Positions 12,683 through 25,241 of a stretch of 62,000 nucleotides of DNA are shown in pieces; the stretch's first letter is position 1, and each line of letters begins with the position of its first letter. The translations under genes and the position numbers were made by a program. Below the pieces are notes generated by a model, which was given only the letters and a program-made list of their open reading frames with translations, did no database searches and was not told the origin of the DNA. Source of the DNA: Octopus vulgaris (lineage: Eukaryota); the NCBI GenBank assembly GCA_951406725.2, contig OX597814.1, positions 169,280,001 to 169,342,000 on the forward strand, read 5' to 3'.

Positions 12683-12803
12683 TGCCAGCCAGAATTGGAA
12701 TCCTGTCATGTCGGCTTGAATGCCCTATCTTGTAATAACAATGAAGGACAGGTTATAAATCAAAATGTGACTTTCACACTTCCTGTTAGCTATCAAAGCA
12801 ACA
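12683..12803 (+). CDS. Candidate 121-nt internal exon (CQPELESCHVGLNALSCNNNEGQVINQNVTFTLPVSYQSN)
   Basis: Strong ttttcttcgttttctccaag acceptor, ACA|GTAAGA donor, 40 open codons with cysteines and an NVT sequon; no homology recognised. Confidence 0.25.
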
Positions 12804-13114
12804 GTAAGATAGAAAGTTATGAAAATTGAAGCTGGCCTTCCGACATTATGCCAATGTCCAGAACATTCTACTGCATTCCACCATCATCCATTCTGCCTGT
12901 TAATCGTCGCTAACCATAGCCAAATATATCATTAAAGAGCACTGAGTATAAATGAGAATATCATATTGCTAACATCATAGAATAGAACACTACGTTTTTT
13001 TATATATATTTATATACCGCCACTTGATATGTGTGTATGCATGTGTATGTGAGTAAGAAGGTATTAGTGTATATGTGTGGAAATACAAGCATACATCATA
13101 CATAGACACATATT

Positions 13115-13225
13115 TACATACATACTCTCTCACATTCGCTGCTACAAATACATACATACTCTCTCACATTCGCTGCTACAAATACATACATACTCTCTCA
13201 CATTCGCTGCTACAAATACATACAT
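13115..13225. repeat. 34-bp tandem repeat, 3 perfect copies plus a partial copy
   Basis: tacatacatactctctcacattcgctgctacaaa at 13115, 13149 and 13183. Confidence 0.95.
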
Positions 13226-13319
13226 CTAAACCTCAGTACTAAGACAGAAGTTGAAGAGTATGGTGAAGTTTGGATTGACAGATTGTGCAGGAAGAGAAAA
13301 ATTTAAAGAAAGAGATAAC

Positions 13320-13322
<3 letters not shown>

Positions 13323-13358
<36 letters not shown>

Positions 13359-14105
13359 AATTATTGTATACAGTGCTCAGGTGCACCACAACTTGTCAAA
13401 AGTGCGTATAAAGCATACGCAGTAATGTACAAATGTCTGGGAAGTGAGCAGTGTATGAGTCAGATACATGCTTGCATGTGTATGGAGGGGAGAAAATCAG
13501 GTGTAGTGTTGGTGAATCTCAGGAAGCATGGAAGTTTTGAAGGATGCAGTGCTCCGACAACTAACAACTGACGTCAGCAGTTTGCTCCATTCTTCAGTAA
13601 CTCTTAGTGTGAAAAAATGTTTCCGAAAGTCATGGGAGCTGTGCTGTTTTCTGACTTTGTAAACATGTCCACGGGTGTTAGACAGGTGAAGTTTGAAAAG
13701 GTGCTCAGAGTTATTGTTAGTAAGATGGTTAATAATTTTATGGGTGCCTGCGAAGTCAGCTGCCAGACGTCAGAGTTTCAATGTGTCCATGCCCAGGGAT
13801 GTAAGGCATTCAGAATATGGCAAATGCCTGATGGAGGGTATTCTCTTGGTTGCATGTCACTGAACGGTTTCCAGACGATTAATATCCTGGGCATATATCG
13901 AAGGTGAGAGCAGCGAATTCCCAAAATTCTTCAGAATTAACATTTCCAGAATATTCCAAGGAAGAATGATTGGTAACAATATTCATGGAGTTTTTAGAGA
14001 CTATGTTGATGTGGTTACCATAGTATAGGTTCCATATTTCAATGTGAGTTGAAGTGGCAGAATTGCTTTATCTTAGATGAACCTGGGATTTGAAACTTCT
14101 GGTAA
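13323..14105 (-). mobile_element. CR1-clade LINE 3' fragment with (ATT)n tail
   Basis: Minus translation FFTLRVTEEWSKLLTSVVSCRSTASFKTSM matches the CR1 ORF2 C-terminal motif; tail at 13323-13356. Confidence 0.8.
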
Positions 14106-15258
14106 GAACTGTACTGTGGGCAAGTTTGAGAGAGCAGCTTGCATTCTACTCAGAATAGGGGTCTGTGTAGAATATAGTGCTTGACTGGAATCAGTATGGG
14201 CACCAACATCACCATCATCATCATCATCATTATCCTCATCACTTTTTTGTTTAGTACCAGGTCAATTAGATTGAGCTGATCTATGGTTAAAAGAGTTATG
14301 ATCGTAACCATCTCATTTTCCGTAGCATTATGTATTTTATTAACAATCAGCAGAAGCTACAAAATGACTCAAGGGCCAAGGGTTTCATGTGTTGGCATTT
14401 ACCTGGAACTAAGTTATCTCATTTGTCCTTCATTTGTATGTAGTTTGAAGAAGATATGGCTGGCTGCTATTTCTAGCTGGTCAGGTGATTAAGTAGAGGC
14501 TTCCGTCTGTGCCCAATTGAACATTTGGTTGTTGCCAACTTTGACTGATCACAATTATAATGAAAGACTTTCCAGTTATGACAGTTTGTATGATGATGGT
14601 GATGATGACAACATGTGTGATTAAGTACATTAACATGTGTGTTTGAATTTGTGTATGTATGTATCTATGGGTGTATATAATAATCACCTCATGGTAAGGT
14701 CACAAGAGGAAGCTATGTGAAACTCACATACATGTATCTTTTATCTTTTACTCATTTCATGCTGGGGCATTGCCTTGAAGGGCTTAGTCAAACAAATTGA
14801 CCCTAGTACTTATTTTCTTCTTTTTCAGCCTGGTATCTATTCTATCAGTATCTTTTGCTGAACCACTATGTTATGGGGACATAAACAAACCAACACTCAT
14901 TGTCAAGTGGTGGTCACACACACACAAACACACACACATTTATATATATATATATACACCATAAATCCTCGAGTATAATCTGCATTTTTTCCCTAAAATT
15001 TAAAGGTCAAAATCCCTAGTGCATATTATACACGAGGTTAAAAATGAAAATGATTTCTAAGTAGTGTCCAAGTCTCTATTTGCTGTCCGGCAATGTTTAT
15101 TCAGATGCATTTTGTGATGTCGGCCACGAAAATACCTTAAGCTAAGCCTGAAAGCAATGAAGTCATTAAAGAATCATCCATAACTTGCAGTAAGCAATAT
15201 TTATTAAACATTATTACTATTATTTCTTTATTTTCTGCAAACAAAATGCACAAAAAAG

Positions 15259-15408
15259 CTAACTTGTGTCAAGGAGGTCTATATAACATCCTTGGTTTGT
15301 AAAAATGTATGCAGTAGCGTACTTTATTATACAATAATAATAAAGTACGCTACTGCATACATTTTTACAAACCAAGGATGTTATATAGACCTCCTTGACA
15401 CAAGTTAG
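15259..15408. repeat. Perfect hairpin, 72-bp arms, 6-nt loop
   Basis: 15259-15330 is the reverse complement of 15337-15408. Confidence 0.95.
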
Positions 15409-15445
15409 AGAAGGGGTGCGTATTATACACAAGGTTTAGGTTTTT

Positions 15446-15805
15446 CAGCCAGCCATATCTTCTTCAAACTACATACAAATGAAGGACAAATGAGATAACC
15501 TAGTTCTAGGTAAATTCCAACACATGAAACCCTTGGCCCTTGAGTCATTTTGTAGCTTCTGCTGATTGTTAATAAAATACATAATGTTACGGAAAATGAG
15601 ATGGTTACGATCATAACTCTTTTGACCATAGATCAGCTCAATCTAATTGACCTGGTATTAAACAAAAAAATGATGAGGATAATGATGATGATGATGACGA
15701 TGGTGATGTTGGTGCCCATACTGATTCCAGTCAAGCACTATATTCTACACAGACCCCTATTCTGAGTAGAATGCAAGCTGCTCTCCCAAACTTGCCCACA
15801 GTACA
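15446..15805 (-). repeat. Inverted duplication of 14110-14466
   Basis: ORFs 14283-14492(+) and 15423-15629(-) are nearly identical; the match extends to both breakpoints. Confidence 0.95.
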
Positions 15806-16063
15806 AATCTGCCTTAAAAATCCCCTTCGTATTATACTCAAGGGCAGACTATACTCAAGGATTTACGGTATGTATTCATATATAAAATATACAAGGCACT
15901 TTTTGTCAGATGACTGAAACTAAAAGGTATGTACTTTGAGTGCTCAGTTTGGTACACCACTAAAATTCAAGTATAAATTGCAGTTGAACATGTGATTTTG
16001 CAATTGCCTTTCTAAAGCAGCTAGAAATGCCTTCCCCTTGAGCAGGTGTGTATTGATTAAAAG

Positions 16064-16252
16064 AGAAATGAAGAAGTAAACAATTTGGTTAGACTTGACA
16101 AGGACATTTAATTTAGCTATATAATATGATATAATACAATATAAAGGTGTATATAGAGATTAAATACACCTTTGTATTGTATTATATATCATTATATAGC
16201 TAAATTAATTGTCCTTGTCAAGTCTCACTAAATTGTTTGCCTCTTCATTTCT
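16064..16252. repeat. Imperfect fold-back, about 89-bp arms and 11-nt loop
   Basis: agaaatgaag...aaaggtgtat versus atacacctt...cttcatttct. Confidence 0.85.
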
Positions 16253-16282
16253 GTTTTAATTTATTTTCATATGTACATATAT

Positions 16283-16332
<50 letters not shown>

Positions 16333-16659
16333 CATATATATACATATACATACATACATATATATACATATATATACATATACATACATACAAATATGTA
16401 CATATATATATATAACAGGTTTCTTTCAGCTTTTAAATAATAATAATAATAATGAAATTATTGTGTATAGTGCTCAGGTGCACTACAGCATAAATCCTCT
16501 CACAAGGCTTTGGCCAGCATGGGGTTATAGTAGAAGTCCCCTGCTGAATGTGCCATGCTGTGGGAATGAACCTGGAACCATGTGATTGGGAAGCAGACTT
16601 CTTACCACACAGCCACATCTTGTTCTAGTTTGTAATATTGGTTTTAAATTTTGGCACAA

Positions 16660-17035
16660 GGCCAGCAACTTCAGGGGAGGGGTGAGTCGATTTCCCTGAC
16701 ACCCCACTCCTCCACTAATGATCAGCTGGTACTTATTTTATCAGCCTTGAAAGGACAAAAGGCAAAGTCGACCTCAGTGGAATTTGAACTCAGAACGTAA
16801 AGACAGATGAAATACTTATTTCTTTATTACCCACAAGGGGCTAAACATAGAGGGGACAAACATGGACAGACATAGGTATTAAGTCGATTATATCAACCCC
16901 AGTGCTTAACTGGTACTTAATTTATCGACCCCGAAAGGATGAAAGGCGGAATTTGAACTCAGAATGTAACGGCAGCTGAAATACCGCTAAGCATTTCGCC
17001 CGACGTGCTAACGATTCTGCCAGCTCGCCGCCTTT
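16660..17035 (-). mobile_element. SINE family B tandem array
   Basis: Body ...gagttcaaattccgccgaggtcgactttgcc... is repeated; junction gaaatac|ttatttc at about 16815. Confidence 0.8.
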
Positions 17036-17114
17036 GATGAAATACTGCTAAGCATTTTGCCTGGCATATCAACGATTCTGCCAACATCTCACCTCTTTTC
17101 AGCTTGTATTATTT

Positions 17115-17482
17115 TGTAGCGGCACAAGCAGTCAGTGCCATATTGGATGAGAACTCGTGGCAGCTATTGCCATCTCCAAGACTGAAGTGAGACCTCACCT
17201 GCATCCATTTGCCATGCGTGAGATCACAACGAGGCTCGCAATGGAAAACTATATAAAGGAAAAACCCGATTCAGATCTCTCTCTTTTGATGCCACCTTCA
17301 CAGCAGCACTGGCTGAACACCACCACTGGCTGGACCTGTCTATAGGTTGTATCTCCAGAGACATTGCTCCCACACTAATGGAGCTACTACACAACGCACA
17401 CAGCTTAAGATGGTAGCTGAAACCTGTAAATAAACCAGTTGTAAATAGCGTTTGTACTTGAAGTCTTCTCTCTTCGCTTGCC
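17115..17482 (+). mobile_element. LTR fragment of an LTR retrotransposon, truncated by a SINE
   Basis: Starts TG, contains tatataaag and aataaa, and is homologous to 46854-47477. Confidence 0.65.
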
Positions 17483-18006
<524 letters not shown>

Positions 18007-18537
18007 ATATGAGTGTTATCATGTGAAATCTATAACCTAGTCACTGATACCTGAGTAGAAACACCTTTGTCTGTCTTCCTGCCTGTCTGTTTACCTTCTC
18101 GCCCATTTGCATACCTAAACATGCACACATATACATACACATATCTTGCATACATGTGCATGTGTATCTGTGCACTGAAGCATAAAATTTTAGTGCATCT
18201 ATAGCAATTTTCACATTAAGTTTTCCAAAGAAAATCTGCCAACCTTAACAGATAACAGTAAATATATGAATGACAAAACAGCTTCACTGATCAAGAATGT
18301 TAATTGTTGCATGAAATTTTCAAGTTTAGTTGATAAATTCCCTTCAGAAGCTCACATCACAACAGTTTTCTGGGCTGTTGTCTTTATTGATCATAAGTGA
18401 CACAGGTTATGAAAGATGACATTTTTTGTCATTTTTCTAAAATTCCACATGTTATGTCTTATATCTTATCTATCTGTTCAATATCATTTTGATGGCATGT
18501 TATTAGAATGGTTCTAATTAGTTGGTCAAACAATGTA

Positions 18538-18781
18538 CAGGGTTGGCCAAAAGTCAGCTGACAGTAAATCAAAACTCTTTTTAATTCCAAGATTAAAACA
18601 AAAAATTATTTTATATGAGACTTTGCTAATAAACAGGCAAATGTTGAAAAAAAAAATATGGTGATTTTTAACTCACATAATTCAATTATTAAACATTCAT
18701 AATTGGAATGAATAAATAAAAGTGAACATTAAGTATTTATGGAATCTTGATTTACTGTTGGGTGACTTTTGGCCAACCCTG
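18538..18781. mobile_element. Tc1/mariner MITE
   Basis: TIRs cagggttggccaaaagtca / tgacttttggccaaccctg with TA on both sides. Confidence 0.9.
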
Positions 18782-18796
18782 TATATTTGTGTGTGT

Positions 18797-19220
18797 ACTC
18801 TTTACTCTTTTACTTGTTTCAGTCATTTGACTGTGGCCATGCTGGAGCACCGCCTTTAGTCGAGCAAATTGACATCACGACTTATTCTTTGTAAGCCTAG
18901 TACTTATTCTATCGGTCTCATTTGCAAAACCGCTAAGTTACGGGAACGTAAACACACCAACACCGGTTGTCAAGCGATGTTGGGGGGGACAAACACGGAC
19001 ACACAAACACACACACACACTCACACACACACACACACACACATATACATATATATGACAGGTTTCTTTCAGTTTCCATCTACCAAATCCACTCACAAGG
19101 CTTTGGTTGGCCCAAGGCTACAGTAGAAGACACTTGCCCAAGGTGTCATGCAGTGGGACTGAATCCAGACCATGTGGTTTGTAAGCAAGCTACTTACCAC
19201 AAAGCCACTCCTATGCCTAT
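18797..19220 (-). mobile_element. SINE family A
   Basis: Colinear with the other family A copies. Confidence 0.85.
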
Positions 19221-19375
19221 GTGTGTGTATATAAATATATATGTATGTGTATATATATATGTGTGTGTATATATGTGTATATATGTGTATGTATGTATGT
19301 GTACATGTGTGTATATGTGTATGTATTTGTATATATGTGTGTGTATATATGTATCTATATATATGTGTGTGTGTA

Positions 19376-19700
19376 TATGAGGTGGTATTAAAAAGTTTCC
19401 AGACTAGTTATGTTTAATAAAAAAATAACTTATGTACCTAAGTTTTAGCATCATCACCTTCCACAGCAATACACTGGTCCCAGCATTCCTGGCACTTTTG
19501 AAATCCAGTCTGGAAGACGTTTTCCGTAAGTGAGTTGATTACTATGTGTAGGGTGTGGTTGAGAAATTCACCAACCACTCTGCTGGAAATACCAAGGCTG
19601 AGCTAGTGACCAAGATGAAGGAGGTGTTTGAAGATCTCAGGAACACAGTGAAGAATTCATGCACCAGGTTCCAGGGCCTGAGAGCAGCTACGTTGAGCAT
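19376..19700 (+). mobile_element. Mariner-like end plus Tc1-like transposase C-terminal fragment
   Basis: tatgaggtggtattaaaaagtttccagact end; peptide VEKFTNHSAGNTKAELVTKMKEVFEDLRNTVKNSCTRF. Confidence 0.55.
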
Positions 19701-19844
19701 ACAGCTATCTGCCTGCCACAATCTATTTGATAATTTTTTTTGATCTTTTAAAAATACTTTTCTCTGTCAGAGGATCTTTGTCTTGCATGTTACTTAGTAA
19801 CCCTTGGTAACCCTGCAGTGTTTCATGCCACACAAAAAGCAACC

Positions 19845-20334
19845 AGTCCACACTGCAAAGTGGTTGGCATTTGAAAGGGCATCCAGCTTTAAAAACCATG
19901 CTGAAACTATACTTATGACACATGAAAACACTCTCTCCACCCTGTGGGGTGGTTGATGTTAGGAAGAGCTGTAAAAAACCATGCCAAAACTGACCTCACC
20001 TGTGCTTGTGCCATATAAAAAGTACTCTGTTCACCTTGCTGGGTGGTTGGTGTCTGGAAAAGTATTCAGCTGTAAAAACCATTCCTAAATTGACCTCACC
20101 TGCACTTAAGCCACATGAAAAGCACTCTAACCACCCTGCTGGGTGGTTGGTGTTAGGAAGAGCATCCAACTGTAAAAACTGTGTCAAAACTAACCTCACC
20201 GGTTTTGTGCCATGTAAAAAGCACACTGTTCACCTGGTTGGGTGGTTGGTGTTAGGAAGAGCATCCAACTGTAAAAACCTAGCCAGCTCCTGTCAAGCTG
20301 TCCAACCCATGCCAACACAGAAGGTGGATCTTAA

Positions 20335-20335
<1 letters not shown>
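19845..20335 (+). repeat. About 97-bp tandem repeat (4-5 units) derived from the RTE 3' UTR, ending in the RTE terminus
   Basis: gggtggttggtgttaggaagagcatccaactgtaaaaac recurs at about 97-bp spacing. Confidence 0.75.
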
Positions 20336-20384
<49 letters not shown>

Positions 20385-21800
20385 GGTGGTGGTGGTGGTG
20401 GTGATGATGATGATGATGATGAGGAGGAGGATGAAGAGGAAGAGGAGGATGATGAAGAGGAAGGGGAGGATGAAGAGGAAGTGGAGGATGAAGAGGAAGA
20501 GGAGGAGGAGCATGAGGATGATGATGAGGATGATGAGGAGGTTGAAGATGAGGATGAGGAGGACAGGATATTGTGTTTCTTTTTTCCCTTTATGCAAGCT
20601 GTCAAATTTAACCCGGACATCTTGTGATGCTGGTCATGGTGGAAGCGAGCCCCGTTGGCAGAGACATTGTAAAGGTCGAGTGGACCCTTTCTTGTCTGCG
20701 AGAATGTGTACGGATATCAGAGTACATTTTGTTTTTGTGTTGTATATGTGTATGTATGTGTGTGTGTGTAACTGTCTTTATGATGTTGAGCACTACTCTG
20801 TGCATGTGTGTATGTGTGTGTGTATGTGTGTGTGTGCATGTGTGTATGTGTGTGCATGTGTTTGTGTGTGTGTGTGTGTATGTGTGTGTGCATGTGTGTT
20901 TGTGTGTGTGTGCGTGTGTTTGTGTGTGTGTGTGTTTGTGTGCGTGTGTGTGTGTGTGTGTGTGCGTGCACATGTGTGTGTATGTGTAATTCATGGTTGC
21001 ACACACTTTATAGTCTTGAGCAATCATGCGTGTGTTTTTGGGGGTGTGTCTTTGTGCCTTTGTTGTTGCTACTGTTGTAGTGTTTATTTATTTATTTATT
21101 TATTCCTTTTTGTGCTTATTTTTCTGTCAGTTGGGTTAAATATAAGCTTGCAGTGGCGGCAATAGATAAAAGTAGATGGATATGTATGGGTGTGAGTGGT
21201 GAATGTGTGTGCTTTGTTGTAGTTCGTCATTTATAGTTTATTCAATTGCGATGATGCCTTTGTCTGTGCATGTCTGTCTGTGTGTGTGTGTGTGTGTGTT
21301 TGGGGTGTGTTTGGTGTGTATGTGTCATGTAGGTGTGCATTTGGTGTGTGTGTGTGTTTGGTGTGTGTGTGTGTGTATGTATGTGTATTTGGAGTTTTGT
21401 GTGTGCTTGCTGTGTGTGTGTGTGTGTGTGTGCATGTGTGTATGTGTATTTGGAGTTTGGTGTGTGTGTGTGTTTGGTGTAGATGTGTGTTTGGTCTGTA
21501 TGTGTCATGATGTGTGTGTGTGGGTATGTTTGGTGTGAATATGTGTTTGGTGTATATGTGTGTGTGTGTGTGTGTGCGTGTGTTAGGTGTGTGTGTGTAT
21601 GTGTGTGAGGGTGTGTCTATTCATATCTACTAAGTTCTAGATATTTTTCACATACATATACATGTACCAATATACTCATACATTCACAGATACAAGTACA
21701 TATTGCAGCTCTACATGAGCACACACACACACACACATACACACACACACGCACACATACACACACCCGCTCGTGCGCGCACGCACACACACATACACAC
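20335..21800. repeat. Compound microsatellite (GAT)n(GGT)n(GAG)n followed by degenerate (GT)n/(CA)n
   Basis: Seen directly; ORFs here are artefacts. Confidence 0.9.
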
Positions 21801-22149
21801 ATACACATTTTCCCTCTGTCTCCTTATTTCTCATTTGATTGTTTTATTTGAAATGGGACTACAATGCGGCTAAATTGCTATCATTACAATATTGTTATTA
21901 CTATTATTTATCCCTGGGATTAGGGTTCATGCTGTTACCCCACTTGTTCTTTCCGCTGAATTCAGTGCCCTTTGTTATGCAGATGGATTCAGTAATTTAT
22001 CCGAGGGACAAAACCTGCAAGTGAATAAATCGCATTTTTTCTAACCTTGCTTACTGATTAAAATGAAAAAGGTTACTCCAAATTTTAATTAAGGTTATTT
22101 AAACTTGAAATATAGTGAAGAGCAGATCAGATCTTTAGAAGTATAGTGA

Positions 22150-22196
22150 CAACTCCAGACATGTTTCAGTCTTGTTAGACCTCATCAGCAAAGCGT
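22150..22196 (-). ncRNA. Minimal type I hammerhead motif (core intact, weak stem I)
   Basis: Minus strand reads ctttg-CTGATGA-GGTC-taacaa-GACT-GAAA-CAT-GTC-tggag; stem III is the palindrome ACATGT. Confidence 0.65.
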
Positions 22197-22559
22197 TATC
22201 TAACTATCACTGCAAACCTTAGATGGATAGAGAATGTATATGATTTCTGTGAATGAAAACGGGTACATTCATGGTTGTGTGGTCAAAAAGCCTGCTTCTC
22301 AGCTATGTAGCTTCGGGATGAATCCCATTGTGTGGAACCTGGGGCAAGTGTCTTCTACTTCATCTCCAGGCTGGATTTGGTAGACAGAAACTGAAAGAAG
22401 CCTGTAGTATATATGTATGTTTGTGTGCATGTTTATGTGTGTGTATGTGTGTGTGTGTGTGTGTGTGTGAGAAAGTTAGCATCTCCTTGCTTTGCATGAT
22501 GGTTGTAAATGTGTGTCACTGTTATACAACACTGACATTCATTTCCAATCTTCTTTTCT

Positions 22560-22985
22560 ACTCTAGGCACAAGGCCAAAAATTTTTGGGGAGGAGGCCAG
22601 TCGATTAGATCGACCTCAGTACACAGCTGGTACTTAATTTATTGACCCCAAAAGTATGAAAGGCAAAGTCGACTTCGGCGGCATTTGAACTCATAACATA
22701 AAGACAGCTGAAATACTGATAAACATTTCACCCGGTGTGCTAACGTTTCTTATTTCTTTATTGTCCACAAGGGGCTGAACATAGAGGGGACAAACAAGGA
22801 CAGACAAAAGGATTAAGTCAATTAGATCGACCCCAGTGTGTAACTGGTACTTAATTTATCGACCCCGAAAGGATGAAAAGCAAAGTTGACCTCGGCGGAA
22901 TTTGAACTCAGAATGCAACAGCAGACGAAACACCACTAAGCATTTCGCCCGGCTTGCTAACGTTTCTGCCAGCTTGCCACCTATG
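22560..22985 (-). mobile_element. SINE family B tandem array
   Basis: Two bodies joined at cgtttc|ttatttc (about 22750). Confidence 0.8.
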
Positions 22986-24450
22986 CCATGGGGAAATATT
23001 ATCTTACTTGGAAACAGGTGAGGATTAATAAGAAGAGCATCTAGCTACAGAAAATCTGCCTCAACAAATTCCATCTGATCCATGCAGACATAGAAAAGTA
23101 GACATTAAAATCCCTTTACACAAAGCCTGAAACTTGTGCGGGAGGGCTGTCAATTTTATTGACCCCTAAAAGGATGAAAGGCAGAGTCAACCCTGGTAGG
23201 ATTTGAATTCAGAATGTAAGGATGGACGAAATGCCACTAAGCATTTTGCTTGGCATGCTAATGATTCTAACAGCTCGTCACCTTTAAAGTAGATGTTAAA
23301 ATAACGATGATGACAAAGACAATGATGATAATGAACAGAGAGGCATTAGAGATTTTAAAAGTAGCCAGAGCAAAAATACCCTGGGATGCCTATTGAAACC
23401 TCGGCAGCATAGTACAAGCATACTTGTAGCAAGCCAAGAAATTTTGATTAATTAGATATGAAATGCAGTGGAGAATGTGCGTGATCTTTAGCAGTAGATC
23501 ATCATCATCATCGTTTAACGTCCGTTTTCCATGCTAGTATGGGTTGGACGATTTTGAATGAGGGCTGGCACCAGATGGCTGCACCAGGCTCCAGTCTTGA
23601 TCTGGCAGAGTTTCTACAGCTGGATGCTCTTCCTGATGCCAACCACTCTGAGAATGTAGGGGGTGCTTTTTACATGCCACCGGCACGGGGGCCAGTCAGG
23701 CGGTACTGGCAATGACCTCGCTCGAATCTTTTTACACGTGCCAGTGAAGATATAGACTGATAATGGTGATACTGCAAATGAAATCAGATAAGCTATGAGT
23801 GATAAACTGCAATAAAGCTTGTAGACATGTGTCCACATCTACACTGTATCTACTGTTATGTACTGTCACCACTGGTAACTTAAATCTAACACAGTTGACA
23901 GGTCAATAAACAATAGCAGGGAACAACAAAAGCAACTGCAATGAAAAAAGCACCAGCAATGAAATTCACACTTAAACATGTATGTAGACACAGACGCAAA
24001 TATGCGTAAGAGCTGCATTGAAAAGATGCAATACCACTAAAATTACACGCACACACACATACACACACACACATGCACAATACAAACATAATAATCACAT
24101 ATTCACAAATACATACACATATTTGCACACGCAGTCTCTCACCTCCCACCACCATCACTAGTAAGTACACAGAGACCAAACAGAGACTGAAATCAGTCAC
24201 GGAGAAGTCGTTATAAAGGCTGCAGACATAAATTAAAGACTTTGACAAATGAATCAATTAACAAAGATGTGATCTACAACAAATACATGTATTTTTATTG
24301 GCAGAATAATCCTCCTCAAACCTAACAATAACTGTTTCAACATAACGATTTAACATCACGAATCTTGTGACACAAAAAACGCAAAATGCGTAAAGTACAT
24401 GTATGCAAGTTTATAATATATATATACATATTTGAGCAAGCGTGTGCATG

Positions 24451-24512
<62 letters not shown>

Positions 24513-24607
24513 CATATTTAATAGATTCAGATGAATATGGTACTTAAGTTAAAGGCACCAGAATTTTGTATGGTATTATCCATATAATTCAAAATTGGGT
24601 GATTACA

Positions 24608-24694
24608 ATCAAAATAAGCAACAAGGATATCCAGAGGTAATGCAGTACTGCATTATTGTACTGCATTACCTCTGGATATCCTTGTTGCTTATTT

Positions 24695-24698
<4 letters not shown>
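24608..24698. repeat. Perfect hairpin, 41-bp arms, abutting (TA)n
   Basis: 24608-24648 is the reverse complement of 24658-24698. Confidence 0.95.
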
Positions 24699-24746
<48 letters not shown>

Positions 24747-24928
24747 AAAGGGCTTAGTAAAATAAATTACTTTGCCACATACTGAACTCATTAGAAATAG
24801 TAGCTAAAAAAACTTTTTTAAAACTATTTCTAATACTTAAAGAAAATCTCTCTCATATAGTGTTTGCTCAACTCAACCCACGAAAGTATGGGGGTAAAGA
24901 CATTAAAAAATCAAATGCAAAGGTTATT

Positions 24929-24983
24929 TGAGAACGTACGTTTCTAGATTAGTCAACTCGACATTTCTATCATCAGCTCAGAA
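24929..24983 (-). ncRNA. Mirror copy of the hammerhead motif in the left palindrome arm
   Basis: tcatcag at 24970-76; reverse complement of 25187-25241. Confidence 0.7.
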
Positions 24984-25186
24984 CTCCTTGGTTTGGATTT
25001 GAAAACACTGAAAGTGGGAGCATACCCTTTCGGCTTCTTATCGCTTCTGAAGATCTGCTCGAAACTAACAGTGCCAGCAAACTCAAAGTTTGCTGGCACT
25101 GTTAGTTTCGAGCAGATCTTCAGAAGCGATAAGAAGCCGAAAGGGTATGCTCCCACTTTCAGTGTTTTCAAATCCAAACCAAGGAG

Positions 25187-25241
25187 TTCTGAGCTGATGA
25201 TAGAAATGTCGAGTTGACTAATCTAGAAACGTACGTTCTCA
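25187..25241 (+). ncRNA. Type I hammerhead motif in the right palindrome arm
   Basis: tgag-CTGATGA(25194-200)-TAGA..gtc/gac..TCTA-GAAA(25226-29)-CGTACG-TT-ctca; stem III palindrome ACGTACGT; stem II closed by U-A. Confidence 0.7.

Larger units (their letters stand above)
14957..15870. mobile_element. Non-autonomous Tc1/pogo(Tigger)-like MITE with internal rearrangements
   Basis: TIRs caccataaatcctcgagtata and tatactcaaggatttacggta; contains a 72-bp hairpin and a captured inverted flank. Confidence 0.8.

Noticed and set aside
15910-15926. 17-nt plus-strand segment with good splice sites (MTETK)
   Set aside because: Not phase-compatible with neighbouring candidates; expected by chance.
20335-21538. 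276-aa and overlapping ORFs
   Set aside because: Trinucleotide and (GT)n microsatellite translations.
21843-22014. Minus-strand acceptor (cacttgcag) with an early stop and downstream AATAAA, a possible terminal exon
   Set aside because: Only 8-12 codons and no independent support; common by chance.
24993-25217. Identical 74-aa ORFs on both strands
   Set aside because: A direct consequence of the palindrome; no recognisable domain.
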